Below are positions 29,443-39,611 of a stretch of DNA of 64,000 nucleotides, piece by piece. The translations under genes were made by a program, and so were the position numbers. The notes beneath the pieces are model-generated. The model did no database searches and was not told where the DNA came from. It worked only from the letters and a program-made list of their open reading frames with translations. The stretch comes from Deltaproteobacteria bacterium. Lineage in GTDB: Bacteria; Desulfobacterota; Dissulfuribacteria; Dissulfuribacterales; QOAL01. Within the stretch, counting starts at the first letter, position 1. The number at the start of each line of letters is the position of its first letter. The stretch lies in NCBI GenBank assembly GCA_027028245.1, contig JALVJO010000057.1:27759-91758 (forward strand). The letters run 5' to 3'.

Positions 29443-29597
29443 TGATTTTTTCTCGGAAGTACAGGAGGGCTAGACTTAAAAAATACCTTTGAATGCCGGA
29501 ATATAACATGTGATTTTATTGAATAGCTAACCTTTTGAAGGTATCTACTATTCATTATCCAAGGCTGAAACAGCAAGAAAAATTCTATTAAAACACA

Positions 29598-29630
29598 TCG
29601 AAACAAAAGGCCGGAGCTTGCTCCGGCCTT
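29598..29630 (-). terminator. Intrinsic terminator after the 29670..30212 gene
   Basis: The minus-strand RNA reads AAGGCCGGAG-caag-CUCCGGCCUU followed by UUGUUUCG. Confidence 0.7.
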
Positions 29631-29669
29631 GAGAGATCACCTGATTTGAACATCCTGCATCACTGTCTC

Positions 29670-30212
29670 TTAAGGAAGAACAACCTTTAAACCAGGCCAT
29701 ACAGCAAGACCAGCGGCCTTGTTGATGATTTCACCGGTCTTTTTATTCAAGGCTATGTCCCCGAGGGCTGTACGAAGTGCTACCTTTCCTCCACCAGAGA
29801 TGCCCTTCCAATTTCCTTCTCCGCCAATAATCTTAAATTCGCCATCGAAGACGCCCATTTCTCCACTGGCATTCAATGTGGCATAGGCTATTTTTTCATT
29901 GCCTTTTTCTGTGCCTTTTGTAATTACGCAGTCGGCTTGAATGGTTGCCTTTTTGGTATCAAGGTTGACATATTCCGTTCCAGGGCACATGAAAACCGCT
30001 GCATCAAGATCTCCCTTTCCATTGTCTATGTACATAATTCCGTCAAAGGAACCCACAATCTTTATCTTGTTTGGAGCTACCTTGAAAACCTGCCCGTGAC
30101 CTTGCCATGGTGCAAGAATCTTCAGGGTGGATTCACCTGCTGTTACAGCGGCAGCACCTGCTGTTAAAAATAATAATGTTGTAAGAAAAAACGCTTTTAG
30201 TGTTTGTTTCAT
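29670..30212 (-). CDS. Hypothetical secreted protein
   Basis: Signal peptide MKQTLKAFFLTTLLFLTAGAAAVTAG. The mature part is beta-strand-like and Gly/Lys-rich. I recognise no family. Confidence 0.6.
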   Translation of the reverse strand: MKQTLKAFFLTTLLFLTAGAAAVTAGESTLKILAPWQGHGQVFKVAPNKIKIVGSFDGIMYIDNGKGDLDAAVFMCPGTEYVNLDTKKATIQADCVITKGTEKGNEKIAYATLNASGEMGVFDGEFKIIGGEGNWKGISGGGKVALRTALGDIALNKKTGEIINKAAGLAVWPGLKVVLP

Positions 30213-30352
30213 CTCTTTTCCTTTCTGTTTAGATTTAAGACTGCAGCTCATCCTAAAAAGATTATTTCAATCTTATTGAGATAGCTTGGTTTACCTGCTG
30301 CGTCAACTGGATCATTTCAGACCATATGTCAAAATTAGATACTAAATTTTGA

Positions 30353-30853
30353 CTATCTTATGTTATAGCCTCTGCCCTCGAGACAAGCTGCCTTGGCCCT
30401 GTTGTATTGGTCCATTAATGCCTGCTGATCAGCCTGGGCCTGCTGGTTGGTCTGCTCCGCCTGCCTGTTCTGGCGTCTCTGTCGAATTCCTCCGCCAACA
30501 CCGCCTGTGACTGCTCCTATTGCTGCACCTTTTCCGGCATCACCGGCAATGGCCCCGATTCCTGCTCCCACCAGGGCTCCGCCTGCAGCTCCACGAACGC
30601 GGCCTCCGCGTTTGGTGGTTTCCTGAAGAGGAGCCTGCTGAGCCTTGGTTGGATCGAACCCTGTCTGCTGCACTGCCCACTGGTGGCATTCAAACTCGTC
30701 CTTCTGCTGCTGTTCCGGACTCTGTCCCTTTGCAGGGTATATCATCATGCCTGCGTTGGCAGAACTGGAAAGACAATATACAGACACAAAACTCACAGAA
30801 ATTAGGAATAATGCTGCCAAGATGTTTTCTTTCTTAAAAATCGCCATAAACAA
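30353..30853 (-). CDS. Glycine-zipper (YMGG-like) envelope protein
   Basis: Signal sequence, then GAAGGALVGAGIGAIAGDAGKGAAIGAVTGGVGGG glycine-zipper repeats and a Gln-rich tail. Confidence 0.7.
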   Translation of the reverse strand: MFMAIFKKENILAALFLISVSFVSVYCLSSSANAGMMIYPAKGQSPEQQQKDEFECHQWAVQQTGFDPTKAQQAPLQETTKRGGRVRGAAGGALVGAGIGAIAGDAGKGAAIGAVTGGVGGGIRQRRQNRQAEQTNQQAQADQQALMDQYNRAKAACLEGRGYNIR

Positions 30854-30906
30854 AAAACTCCTTTTGAATAAATATGTTACAAAAAACTTTTTTTGGCTTT
30901 TGAAAA

Positions 30907-31494
30907 TCAGGGCCTGTCAAAGGGAGAGGCTGGAGAAGCACTGGGAGTCTGAACATTATTTGCTCCCTTCACAGCTGGAAAGGCCGACATCACTTCCTCT
31001 GCAACCTTGTTAATATATTCAATACGTTCCGTCGGGCTTTTAAAAGACTGGAGCATATCGGTTGCAGTGCCTCTCCAAAAAACCTGCTTGTTCCTGGGAT
31101 CAAGGGCATCGACTACTATCTTACCCTCTTTATAAGAATAATGTCTTTGCACAGGCACTCTGGGTTCAGCCCAATAACGGTACGAATGAAGTCCCACCCG
31201 CTCATAATCAGTAACAATTTTTGTCTTATCTTTCACATTGGTGTGGAACACAACATAAAAATCTGCAAACTTTTTTTCTGTTTCAACATAACCCTTTGCT
31301 TCGAGCTGCCTTTTCAGGGCCTTTGCTATCCTGTCCTGGTTGAGAGAACTACCGGCTCTGGACTGGGTATAAAGGATACTGAAGGTGCGAAGCCTGGAAA
31401 AATCATAATTTGGATCATAGTCATTTTGAACGTGGACGGTGGAACACCCGCCTAAAAAGAAAAGCAGGGCTCCCAAAAGCATCCTGAAAGCCAT
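30907..31494 (-). CDS. DUF4136-like lipoprotein
   Basis: Lipobox FLGGCS followed by VHVQNDYDPNYDFSRLRTF and a C-terminal WRGTA pattern typical of DUF4136 proteins. Confidence 0.7.
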   Translation of the reverse strand: MAFRMLLGALLFFLGGCSTVHVQNDYDPNYDFSRLRTFSILYTQSRAGSSLNQDRIAKALKRQLEAKGYVETEKKFADFYVVFHTNVKDKTKIVTDYERVGLHSYRYWAEPRVPVQRHYSYKEGKIVVDALDPRNKQVFWRGTATDMLQSFKSPTERIEYINKVAEEVMSAFPAVKGANNVQTPSASPASPFDRP

Positions 31495-31710
31495 TTTATT
31501 TACTCCTTGGAGGTTTTTAGCAGTGAAAAGGATAGTTGGGATTAATCTATTTATTCTGTACCTGACTTGGAAATCTATTAATCTTAATAAATTCTGTCAA
31601 GATTTAACTTGATGGTGTTTAAGGCTTAAATCAGACAGCACCTTACTATCTGGCCGGAATGAATTGTTCTTACTCGGCTGTAATGTGTAAAAAATTACTC
31701 TTTTTGCTGT

Positions 31711-31914
31711 TTATACCTTTCCTTCTTTTACGAGCCTGGAAAAATGTTCAAAGCTTCTGTCATAGGTTCTTTCGGCATCATCAGGAAAGCAGCATGCTGG
31801 GAGCTGTCTCATTTGAAGATGATATCTTATACATTCACAGCATATCCCCTTTCTCGGACACGGCTCGTATGAACAGTTGCAGTTTTTGAGATTTCTTTCT
31901 TTCTGGCATTCCAT
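31711..31914 (-). CDS. Small Cys-rich protein (resembles the DUF6485 family)
   Basis: 67 aa, [21 protein letters not shown]...LPACCF. From memory this pattern matches DUF6485. It lies directly downstream of gyrB. Confidence 0.6.
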   Translation of the reverse strand: MECQKERNLKNCNCSYEPCPRKGICCECIRYHLQMRQLPACCFPDDAERTYDRSFEHFSRLVKEGKV

Positions 31915-31940
31915 CTAGATGACCTCCCTTTGCCTGAAAT

Positions 31941-34340
31941 TTAAATATCCAGCTCCTGTACTTCCAATGCGTGTGTCTGTATAAAATTTCTGCGAGGTTC
32001 TATCTTTTCACCCATTAGGGTGGTGAACAAATTTTCAGCCTCGTCTGCATCTTTTATGGATACACGCAACATGGACCTCTTTTCGGGGTTCATTGTGGTT
32101 TCCCAAAGCTGTTCAGGATTCATTTCTCCAAGGCCTTTATATCTTTGAACATTCAGCCCTCTTCTTCCCTCTTCCCTGAAAAATTCCAGGATAGATGCAA
32201 AGTCGGATACTGTCTTTAAAAGATTTTCTTCCTTCATGATATCAATATCCACGTCTATCATGTTTTCGACACGGCTGAACAGCTTGACAGCCCTGAGGTA
32301 TTCAGGACTTTTTACGAGATCAGGACCTACTTCAGTATTGAGATAGGCAAGACCCTTTGCAGCCACATTGAATTTGTATCCTGGAGTTTCGGAATCTGCT
32401 GATTTTACCGGTCCTGTAAGATATCCTTTGTCCTTGAGATAAGAAACCAGTTTCTCCACGTAGCCCAAATCCAGTAGCATGGCTGAATTTTTCAAACCGT
32501 GTTTAAGCAGGTCCTTGGCCAGCTCCTGCCAGCAGCCCTTCAGGGCAAGATCTTCCAGGGCCTTGTTGAAGGAGGCCATGTCCCCGAGGATCTTTTTAAG
32601 CCTTTCTCCTGAAAAGGATTTATCCCATCCCTTGGGCCTCAGCCTTATGGATTTAGTGGCCCTTTCAAACAAAAACAGATCCATTTCCGTCTCATCCTTG
32701 AGATATAGTTCCCTTTTCTTGCCGGATGATACCCTGAAAAGGGGAGGCTGAGCTATGTAAAGGTGGCCTCTTTCTATTATGGGCATCATCTGCCTGTAGA
32801 AGAACGTCAGCAGAAGTGTCCTGATATGGGCGCCGTCCACATCTGCATCGGTCATTATAACTATCTTGTGATATCTGAGTTTGTCAGGATCAAAGTCATC
32901 AGGGCCGATGCCTGTGCCCAGGGCACCTATAAGGTTCTTTATTTCCTCGCTTCCGAGCATCTTGTCATAACGGGCCTTTTCAACATTCATAATCTTTCCC
33001 CGAAGCGGTAAAATTGCCTGAAATGCCCTGTCTCTGCCCTGCTTAGCGCTTCCGCCTGCAGAGTCACCCTCTACTATGAATATCTCCCTTCTTTCTGGAT
33101 TTTTTTCCTGACATTCAGCAAGTTTTCCTGCCATCATAATGTCCTGGGACTGCCCCTTTTTGCGCGTTAGTTCCTTGGCCCTTTTTGCTGCTTCTCTGGC
33201 CCTTGCAGCATCTACCGCCTTGGAAAGTATCCTTTTGGCAATGGCCGGATTTTCTTCCAGGTAAGTGGACAATTTTTCGTGAACTACAGAGGCCACCACT
33301 GATTTTACTTCACTGTTTCCGAGCTTCGTCTTGGTCTGGCCCTCGAACTGGGGATTTGGAACCTTGGTGGAAATGACACAGGTCAGTCCTTCACGGACGT
33401 CATCACCTGATAGCTTTTCCTTTAGTTTCTTGGGAATTATATCATCACTTGCATATCTATTTATGCACTTGGTAAGTGCCTGCCTGAAACCAGTAACATG
33501 GGTACCGCCTTCCTTTGTCCGGATGTTGTTTACATAGCTTAATATCCTTTCCGCATAACCAGTATTGTACTGAAAGGCTACTTCCACCCTTATATCGTTT
33601 TTTTCTCCGCTGATATAAATGGGTTCTTTGTGTATTACGTCCTTGTTTTTGTTGAGATATTCAACAAACGAGACAATGCCGCCCTTGAAATGAAATGTCT
33701 TCTCTCTGCCTGTTGCTTCTTCTGATATCTTTATGGTGAGATTTGGGTTTAGAAATGCCAGTTCTCTCATTCTGGCTGCAAGTATCTCAAAATCGAAGGA
33801 ACAGGTTTCCTTGAATATCTCTGGATCAGGCTTGAATCTGACCCTGGTGCCGGTGAGCTTTGTATCCCCTGTCTCCTCCAGGGGAGTTACGGGATTTCCC
33901 TTTCTGTAAAACTGTCTGTATACACGGTTATTGCGGTAAACTTCTACTTCCAGGAACTCTGACAGTGCATTTACAACTGATATGCCGACACCATGGAGTC
34001 CGCCTGAAACCTTGTATGTCTGATGATCGAATTTTCCACCGGCATGAAGCTTTGTCATAACAAGTTCCAGGGCGGAAATTCCTTCTGTAGGATGTATATC
34101 TACGGGAATGCCCCTGCCGTTGTCAGTAACAGTTACACTGCCGTCTTCATGAAGAATAACTTCTATTTTAGTACAAAATCCTGCCAGGGCTTCATCTATG
34201 CTATTGTCAACAACTTCATATACGAGATGATGAAGTCCTTCAGAAGCCGTATTTCCAATATACATTGCAGGTCTTTTTCTCACTGCTGACAGACCTGACA
34301 AAACCTTTATCTGTTTTGCACCGTAATCAGTATCTTTCAT
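31941..34340 (-). CDS. gyrB: DNA gyrase subunit B
   Basis: 799 aa. GHKL ATPase ([22 protein letters not shown]), Toprim [21 protein letters not shown]-terminal [11 protein letters not shown]. Confidence 0.97.
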   Translation of the reverse strand: MKDTDYGAKQIKVLSGLSAVRKRPAMYIGNTASEGLHHLVYEVVDNSIDEALAGFCTKIEVILHEDGSVTVTDNGRGIPVDIHPTEGISALELVMTKLHAGGKFDHQTYKVSGGLHGVGISVVNALSEFLEVEVYRNNRVYRQFYRKGNPVTPLEETGDTKLTGTRVRFKPDPEIFKETCSFDFEILAARMRELAFLNPNLTIKISEEATGREKTFHFKGGIVSFVEYLNKNKDVIHKEPIYISGEKNDIRVEVAFQYNTGYAERILSYVNNIRTKEGGTHVTGFRQALTKCINRYASDDIIPKKLKEKLSGDDVREGLTCVISTKVPNPQFEGQTKTKLGNSEVKSVVASVVHEKLSTYLEENPAIAKRILSKAVDAARAREAAKRAKELTRKKGQSQDIMMAGKLAECQEKNPERREIFIVEGDSAGGSAKQGRDRAFQAILPLRGKIMNVEKARYDKMLGSEEIKNLIGALGTGIGPDDFDPDKLRYHKIVIMTDADVDGAHIRTLLLTFFYRQMMPIIERGHLYIAQPPLFRVSSGKKRELYLKDETEMDLFLFERATKSIRLRPKGWDKSFSGERLKKILGDMASFNKALEDLALKGCWQELAKDLLKHGLKNSAMLLDLGYVEKLVSYLKDKGYLTGPVKSADSETPGYKFNVAAKGLAYLNTEVGPDLVKSPEYLRAVKLFSRVENMIDVDIDIMKEENLLKTVSDFASILEFFREEGRRGLNVQRYKGLGEMNPEQLWETTMNPEKRSMLRVSIKDADEAENLFTTLMGEKIEPRRNFIQTHALEVQELDI

Positions 34341-34369
34341 TTTTTATCTCAATGCTGCTGTAGCTAGAT

Positions 34370-35515
34370 TTATTCGTCTTCAAGTGACATTGGCATGATT
34401 AATGCGGTAAACCCTTTATCTTCTTCTCCTTTTACAACACAGGGTGAATCGTTGTCATTTATAATAAATTGAACCTCTTCTGATCTCATGACCTGGAGTA
34501 CATCTATGAGATATCTTGCATTGAATGCCACATCAAAAGGTTCGCCTGCGTATTTTATCTTTACTATTTCCTGTCCCTGGCCTGTCTTTTTTTCAATAGA
34601 TTCAATTTCCATGAAGTTTTCTGAAATAGTAGCCTTTACTCCCTTGAAAGAAGGATCTGGGCTTACAATGGAGATCCTTTTCAAGGCTCCAAGAACCAAC
34701 TGTCTTGAAAATTCTATAAATCTTTTCTTTTCCGAGGGAATAATGGCATTGTAGTCAGGAAATGTTCCGTCAATCAGTCTTATGATAAGCTGAGCATTCT
34801 CTGTACTTGCATAGAGAAATTTTTCATCTCTTTGAACAAGAATTTTTTCAGAATCTTCTGCAAGTCTTTTGAGTTCATTGGCCCCTTTACGAGGAATGAT
34901 TGCACTGTGGCGTTCAATTTCTGAAGGTAAATCAATTTCTATTTTTTTTTCAGCAAGATTCAATCTGTGCCCGTCTGAGCTTACCATTCTCAGGGTAAAG
35001 GTCTTTGAGTTGGCGTCCTCAGGGATGATCTCTGTGAGTATGCCTGAAAGCGCATATTTTCTTTCATCATATGAAACAGAAAAGATCGTCTTATCAATCA
35101 AGGATTTTAAGGCAGACGAGGGTATTTCAATCATTCCTTCCGAAGGAAAATCACCGAAAACAGGAAAATCATCCGAAGGAAGACCAGCTATGATGTATTC
35201 AGCCTGATCTCCCACAGATACCTTGAGCCAATTGTTTTGTATTTCTTCAATAAGGAGCTCGGGATAGGGAATTTCCTTGACAATCTCGTAAAACTTCCTT
35301 GCGCTTACAGTCAGAGAGCCGTCTTCAATAATTGTAACCGGAATATGGGTTCTAAAGGATATTTCAAGGTCGGTGGCCTCTATATAGAGTTCACCATCCT
35401 TTGAATAAAGAAGAACATTATTGATAATGTTCATTATGGTCTTCTTATCTACTATGGATTGAGCCTTGGACAGTGCTGAAATAATTTTGTCTTTTTCTGC
35501 TGTTGCCTTTAACAT
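34370..35515 (-). CDS. dnaN: DNA polymerase III beta sliding clamp
   Basis: 381 aa, three-domain beta-clamp pattern, C-terminal LIMPMSL. Immediately upstream of gyrB. Confidence 0.93.
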   Translation of the reverse strand: MLKATAEKDKIISALSKAQSIVDKKTIMNIINNVLLYSKDGELYIEATDLEISFRTHIPVTIIEDGSLTVSARKFYEIVKEIPYPELLIEEIQNNWLKVSVGDQAEYIIAGLPSDDFPVFGDFPSEGMIEIPSSALKSLIDKTIFSVSYDERKYALSGILTEIIPEDANSKTFTLRMVSSDGHRLNLAEKKIEIDLPSEIERHSAIIPRKGANELKRLAEDSEKILVQRDEKFLYASTENAQLIIRLIDGTFPDYNAIIPSEKKRFIEFSRQLVLGALKRISIVSPDPSFKGVKATISENFMEIESIEKKTGQGQEIVKIKYAGEPFDVAFNARYLIDVLQVMRSEEVQFIINDNDSPCVVKGEEDKGFTALIMPMSLEDE

Positions 35516-35723
35516 TATCTTTTACCTTTTATAAAAAAATAAAAATAAGATTATAACTTGATCAAATCTTGAAAAATCGGTCAATTAAATGAAATAAAAA
35601 GATAAATTTTAATTTGCCAATATTAAAAAAGTGTTGTCTTTTAATCAACTTCAACTGCTGAGATCATTTTTTTATTTTTCAAAATCTTTTTAACAGGGAA
35701 AAGTCAAAAAAACATATCATAAA

Positions 35724-36869
35724 ATGCTTCATAATCCTATAAAGTTAAGAAAATTATTAAAAGATAGAATCATTAAGACAGGACCTGTTACTTTCAGGGA
35801 ATTCATGAAGGAATCTCTATATAACCAGGATTTTGGTTACTATTCGCAGATTGATTTTCCAGGAGGAAAACACGGAGATTTTGTAACAGCACCTCACGCA
35901 AGCCTCTTTTTTGGAAGTCTGCTGTCGGTACAGATATCAGAATTTTTTGAAAAGCTGGATAACAAAGAATGCAATATCTGCGAATTCGGCGCAGGGGCAG
36001 GATATCTTGCACAGGATATCATGAGATATTTCAGGAAACACGAACCAAAACTTTTCCAAAAGCTGAAATATTTCGTGGTTGAGCCTCTTAAAAAGAGACG
36101 AAAGGTGTTGCAGGACAGGCTTTCTGAATTTAAAGACCATTTTGAAATCATTGAAAAATTTTCAGAATGCGGACGCTTTTCAGGGGTTATAGTGGCCAAT
36201 GAACTTCTTGATGCCTTTCCAGTACATCTGGTTGAAAAGAAAGGCGGAAAATTTAAGGAAGTTTACATAGGGCTGGACAGGGAAGAAAGATTCCTTGAAA
36301 TTCTAAGGAAGCCTTCCACCAGTGAACTTGCAGGTTATCTGGACCAGTTAAATGATCTGCTGCCAGACGGCTACCGCACCGAGGTAAATCTTGATATCAA
36401 GGACTGGATCATGGAAATATCAGGTGCAATGGTGGAAGGATTTGTCCTGACAATTGATTATGGATTTTCCAGCAGAGAATATTTTGCTCCCCACAGAAAC
36501 AGGGGCACCCTGCTGGGATACAGCGGCCAGAGAACCACGGAGGATTTCTTTTCATTCCCCGGCATGGTAGATATTACAGCCCATGTCAATTTTTCTGATC
36601 TTCTGAGATGGGGCGAAGAACAAGGAATGAAATGCATGGGCTTTACTCCCCAGTGGGCCTTTCTCGGAGGCCTTGATCCTGATGAAACCATGCAGAAGGT
36701 TTTTGGAAAGGTAGATCCTTTTTCCCCGATACTTGCAGGTATAAAGGCCCTCATTTTTCCTCAGGCCATGGGAGAAACTCACAAGGCAATGGTACTTTCC
36801 AAGGGGCTTGATAATATCGGCCCTCTAAAGGGATTCAATATAAGGGATTACAAAGAAACCTTGAAATGA
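35724..36869 (+). CDS. SAM-dependent methyltransferase, MidA/NDUFAF7 (DUF185) family
   Basis: 381 aa. Motifs ICEFGAGAGYLAQDI and ANELLDAFPVH typical of MidA-like proteins. Confidence 0.8.
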   Translation: MLHNPIKLRKLLKDRIIKTGPVTFREFMKESLYNQDFGYYSQIDFPGGKHGDFVTAPHASLFFGSLLSVQISEFFEKLDNKECNICEFGAGAGYLAQDIMRYFRKHEPKLFQKLKYFVVEPLKKRRKVLQDRLSEFKDHFEIIEKFSECGRFSGVIVANELLDAFPVHLVEKKGGKFKEVYIGLDREERFLEILRKPSTSELAGYLDQLNDLLPDGYRTEVNLDIKDWIMEISGAMVEGFVLTIDYGFSSREYFAPHRNRGTLLGYSGQRTTEDFFSFPGMVDITAHVNFSDLLRWGEEQGMKCMGFTPQWAFLGGLDPDETMQKVFGKVDPFSPILAGIKALIFPQAMGETHKAMVLSKGLDNIGPLKGFNIRDYKETLK

Positions 36870-37504
36870 TCGATTTAAAACGGCTCAAGATAGTTATATT
36901 TGACTGTGACGGTGTACTTTTCAATTCTCTCAGGGCAAATTCAGAGTTTTATAATGAGATAGCCAGAAGAGCTGGAAGGCAGGTTCTGAACGCAAAAGAA
37001 CTTGAATATTGTCATATGCATACCGCAGAGGAATCCATTAATTTTATCTTTCGTCATAACGATCATCTCCTTGAAAATGCGTTCAATATTTATCAGGGCA
37101 TGGATTACGGGGATTTTCTTGAATACATGGAAATGGAACCGGGCATGGTAGAGACTGTCAACCTCCTTAAACAGAGGTATCATACTGCCATTTCAACCAA
37201 CAGAAGCACGACAATGCCTAAACTTCGTGAAATTTACGGCCTGGATGATCTTTTTGACAAAATTGTTTGCGCTCTTGATGTTGATAGACCAAAACCAGAT
37301 CCTGAAGGAGTTTGGAAGATACTTCGAACCTTTGACCTTGAGCCGGAAAATGCAGTCTATGTCGGGGATTCAAAGGTGGATGAAGAAGTATCCCTGCGTG
37401 CAGGCATGCCGCTTATAGCGTACAAGAACAGGAACCTGGAAACAGAGTTTCATGTGGAACATTTTCGGGATCTGCCGAATTTGCTCGTCAAAGGCCCGGA
37501 GTGA
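36866..37504 (+). CDS. HAD-superfamily hydrolase (phosphoglycolate phosphatase-like)
   Basis: HAD motif I FDCDGVLF, motif II STNR, motif III/IV K...YVGDSKVDEE. Confidence 0.8.
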   Translation: MIDLKRLKIVIFDCDGVLFNSLRANSEFYNEIARRAGRQVLNAKELEYCHMHTAEESINFIFRHNDHLLENAFNIYQGMDYGDFLEYMEMEPGMVETVNLLKQRYHTAISTNRSTTMPKLREIYGLDDLFDKIVCALDVDRPKPDPEGVWKILRTFDLEPENAVYVGDSKVDEEVSLRAGMPLIAYKNRNLETEFHVEHFRDLPNLLVKGPE

Positions 37505-38112
37505 CAGATATGCAAAATATGGCTGACTATATAAATTTTCTCTTTCCTACAGCGGCTTTTATTATAGGTTCCATCCCCTTCGGCCTCCTCTTTGCCAGAA
37601 TGAAAGGCAAGGATCCCCGTAAATATGGAAGCGGCAATATAGGTGCCACAAACATAGCTCGGGTTCTTGGCAAAAAATGGGGGCTTGTAACCCTGTTTGC
37701 AGATATATTAAAGGGGTTAGTGCCTGTGCTGCTTGCGGAAGCAGCGGGCTTGGATACCTTTTATCTTGCCCTTACCGGGCTTGGGGCCGTGGTTGGGCAC
37801 TGTTATTCTGTTTTTCTCATCTTTCATGGAGGAAAAGGCGTGGCAACGGCTGCCGGCGTATTCCTGGCCCTTTGTCCAAAGGCCGTTGCTGTTGCCGCAG
37901 TGGTATTTTTTATAGTGTTCAGGCTGTATGGCTATGTTTCTGCTGCATCTCTTTCTGCTGCCGCATCTATTCCCGTTCTCATGCATGTATTTTGCAGTAA
38001 TGACATACTTGAATCCATGTCATGGACAATATGCTTGGTGATATGGCTTAAACACAGCGACAACCTCAAGAGGCTGTCCAGGGGAGAAGAGAAAAAGATA
38101 AGTTTTAAATGA
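37501..38112 (+). CDS. plsY: Glycerol-3-phosphate acyltransferase PlsY
   Basis: About 200 aa polytopic protein with GSIPFG and GSGNIGATN motifs. The start could be GTG 37501 or ATG 37510. Confidence 0.9.
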   Translation: MTDMQNMADYINFLFPTAAFIIGSIPFGLLFARMKGKDPRKYGSGNIGATNIARVLGKKWGLVTLFADILKGLVPVLLAEAAGLDTFYLALTGLGAVVGHCYSVFLIFHGGKGVATAAGVFLALCPKAVAVAAVVFFIVFRLYGYVSAASLSAAASIPVLMHVFCSNDILESMSWTICLVIWLKHSDNLKRLSRGEEKKISFK

Positions 38113-38222
38113 TGAAATTATTCATCTATTGACCATTAATCACAAAGGCAATTCGGGCAGTCATGGCAAAGCCATAAGGAATTTATTAAAAAATGTAAAA
38201 TAATTGCAGATAAGACAGTGTT

Positions 38223-39596
38223 TCAGTTTTCGATGCCCAGGGCTTTTATCTTCCTGTGCAGGTGTCTTCTTTCAATCCCTATGGATTCAGCAGTCCTTTT
38301 GACGTTCCCCCCATGCTGCTGAAGTTTTTTTCTGATATATTCCTTTTCAAATATGGCTCGAGCCTTTTTGAAATCAGGACATTTAAAACATGAAATATCA
38401 AAGGCGGAATCTGCCATTTTATCACTGCTGTATTCCAGGCCTGAAGATAGATGATCCGGCAGGTCTTTTACAGTAATTGTATCTCCCCTTGACAGTATAA
38501 CTAGTCGTTCTATCAGATTCCTGAGTTCCCTGATATTCCCGGGCCAGTCATAACGCATCAGGGCGTTGACGGCATCTTCATGCATCTTGATCCTTCCCTT
38601 GGAAAATTCATGGAGAAATTCATCCACAAGTAGTGGGATGTCCTCCTTTCTTTCCCTGAGAGGTGGCACTTCGATTGGAATAACGTTCAGCCTGAAATAA
38701 AGGTCTTCCCTGAAGCGCCCTTTTTTTATCTCCTCTTCCAGGTCCTTGTTTGTGGCAGCTATTATGCGGACGTCAATGTTTATGGTCCTGCTTCCGCCGA
38801 CCCGTTCGAATTTCTGTTCCTGAAGGATCCGCAAGATCTTGGCCTGGGTTCTCAGAGTCATGTCTCCTATCTCGTCCAGGAATAGTGTCCCGCCGTTTGC
38901 CAGGTCAAACTTTCCCCTTTTCATGGTGTGAGCACCGGTAAAGGCACCCTTTTCGTGACCGAAAAGTTCGCTTTCAATGAGTTCTTCAGGGATAGCAGCA
39001 CAATTTATATCTATCAGGGGCTTATCTTTCCTCTTGCTGAATCTATGGATGGTTTGGGCGATGATCTCCTTTCCCGTGCCGTTTTCTCCCTGTATGAGAA
39101 CCCATGCATCAGTTGGTCCCACTATTCGTATCTGTTCCTTTAATTTTAATATCTTTTCGCTTATCCCGGTTATGTCCCGTACCTTACCGGTCTTTTCCTT
39201 TAAAAGGACATTTTCTTCCTGAAGAGCCTTGAACTTGAGGGCGTTTTCCACTGAAAGGAGAAGGGGATCTATGGAGAGGGGTTTTTCTATGAAGTCGAAT
39301 GCACCAAGTTTAGTAGCCTGGACAGCGGTTTCAATGGTTCCGTGACCAGACATGATTATGACCGGAATGAACGGCCACCTTTTTTTGACCTTTTCAAGGA
39401 CTTCTATTCCGTCCATGCCCGGCATCCAGATATCCAGGAGTATCAGGTCCGGCAGGGCCTGGGACTCTATTTTTTCCAGGCACATGGGTCCGTCTTCAGC
39501 CGTTATTACCTGGTATCCCTCGTCTGAAAGGATATCCGTTACGGATTCCAATATGAAATCCTCGTCGTCTACTACCATTATTCTTTTCTGTTCCAT
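38223..39596 (-). CDS. ntrX: Sigma-54-dependent response regulator (NtrX-like position, NtrC family)
   Basis: Receiver domain (IMVVDDEDF, LLDIWMPGMDG). AAA+ domain with GENGTGKE, GAFTGA and LFLDEIGD. C-terminal HTH. Directly downstream of the NtrY-like kinase gene. Confidence 0.85.
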   Translation of the reverse strand: MEQKRIMVVDDEDFILESVTDILSDEGYQVITAEDGPMCLEKIESQALPDLILLDIWMPGMDGIEVLEKVKKRWPFIPVIIMSGHGTIETAVQATKLGAFDFIEKPLSIDPLLLSVENALKFKALQEENVLLKEKTGKVRDITGISEKILKLKEQIRIVGPTDAWVLIQGENGTGKEIIAQTIHRFSKRKDKPLIDINCAAIPEELIESELFGHEKGAFTGAHTMKRGKFDLANGGTLFLDEIGDMTLRTQAKILRILQEQKFERVGGSRTINIDVRIIAATNKDLEEEIKKGRFREDLYFRLNVIPIEVPPLRERKEDIPLLVDEFLHEFSKGRIKMHEDAVNALMRYDWPGNIRELRNLIERLVILSRGDTITVKDLPDHLSSGLEYSSDKMADSAFDISCFKCPDFKKARAIFEKEYIRKKLQQHGGNVKRTAESIGIERRHLHRKIKALGIEN

Positions 39597-39611
39597 TCCA
39601 CCTTCTTTGAC

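Noticed and set aside
35516-35723. AT-rich gap upstream of dnaN as a possible replication origin
   Set aside because: No DnaA box better than 5 of 9 matches to TTATCCACA on either strand, and no dnaA is adjacent. It looks like a divergent promoter region.
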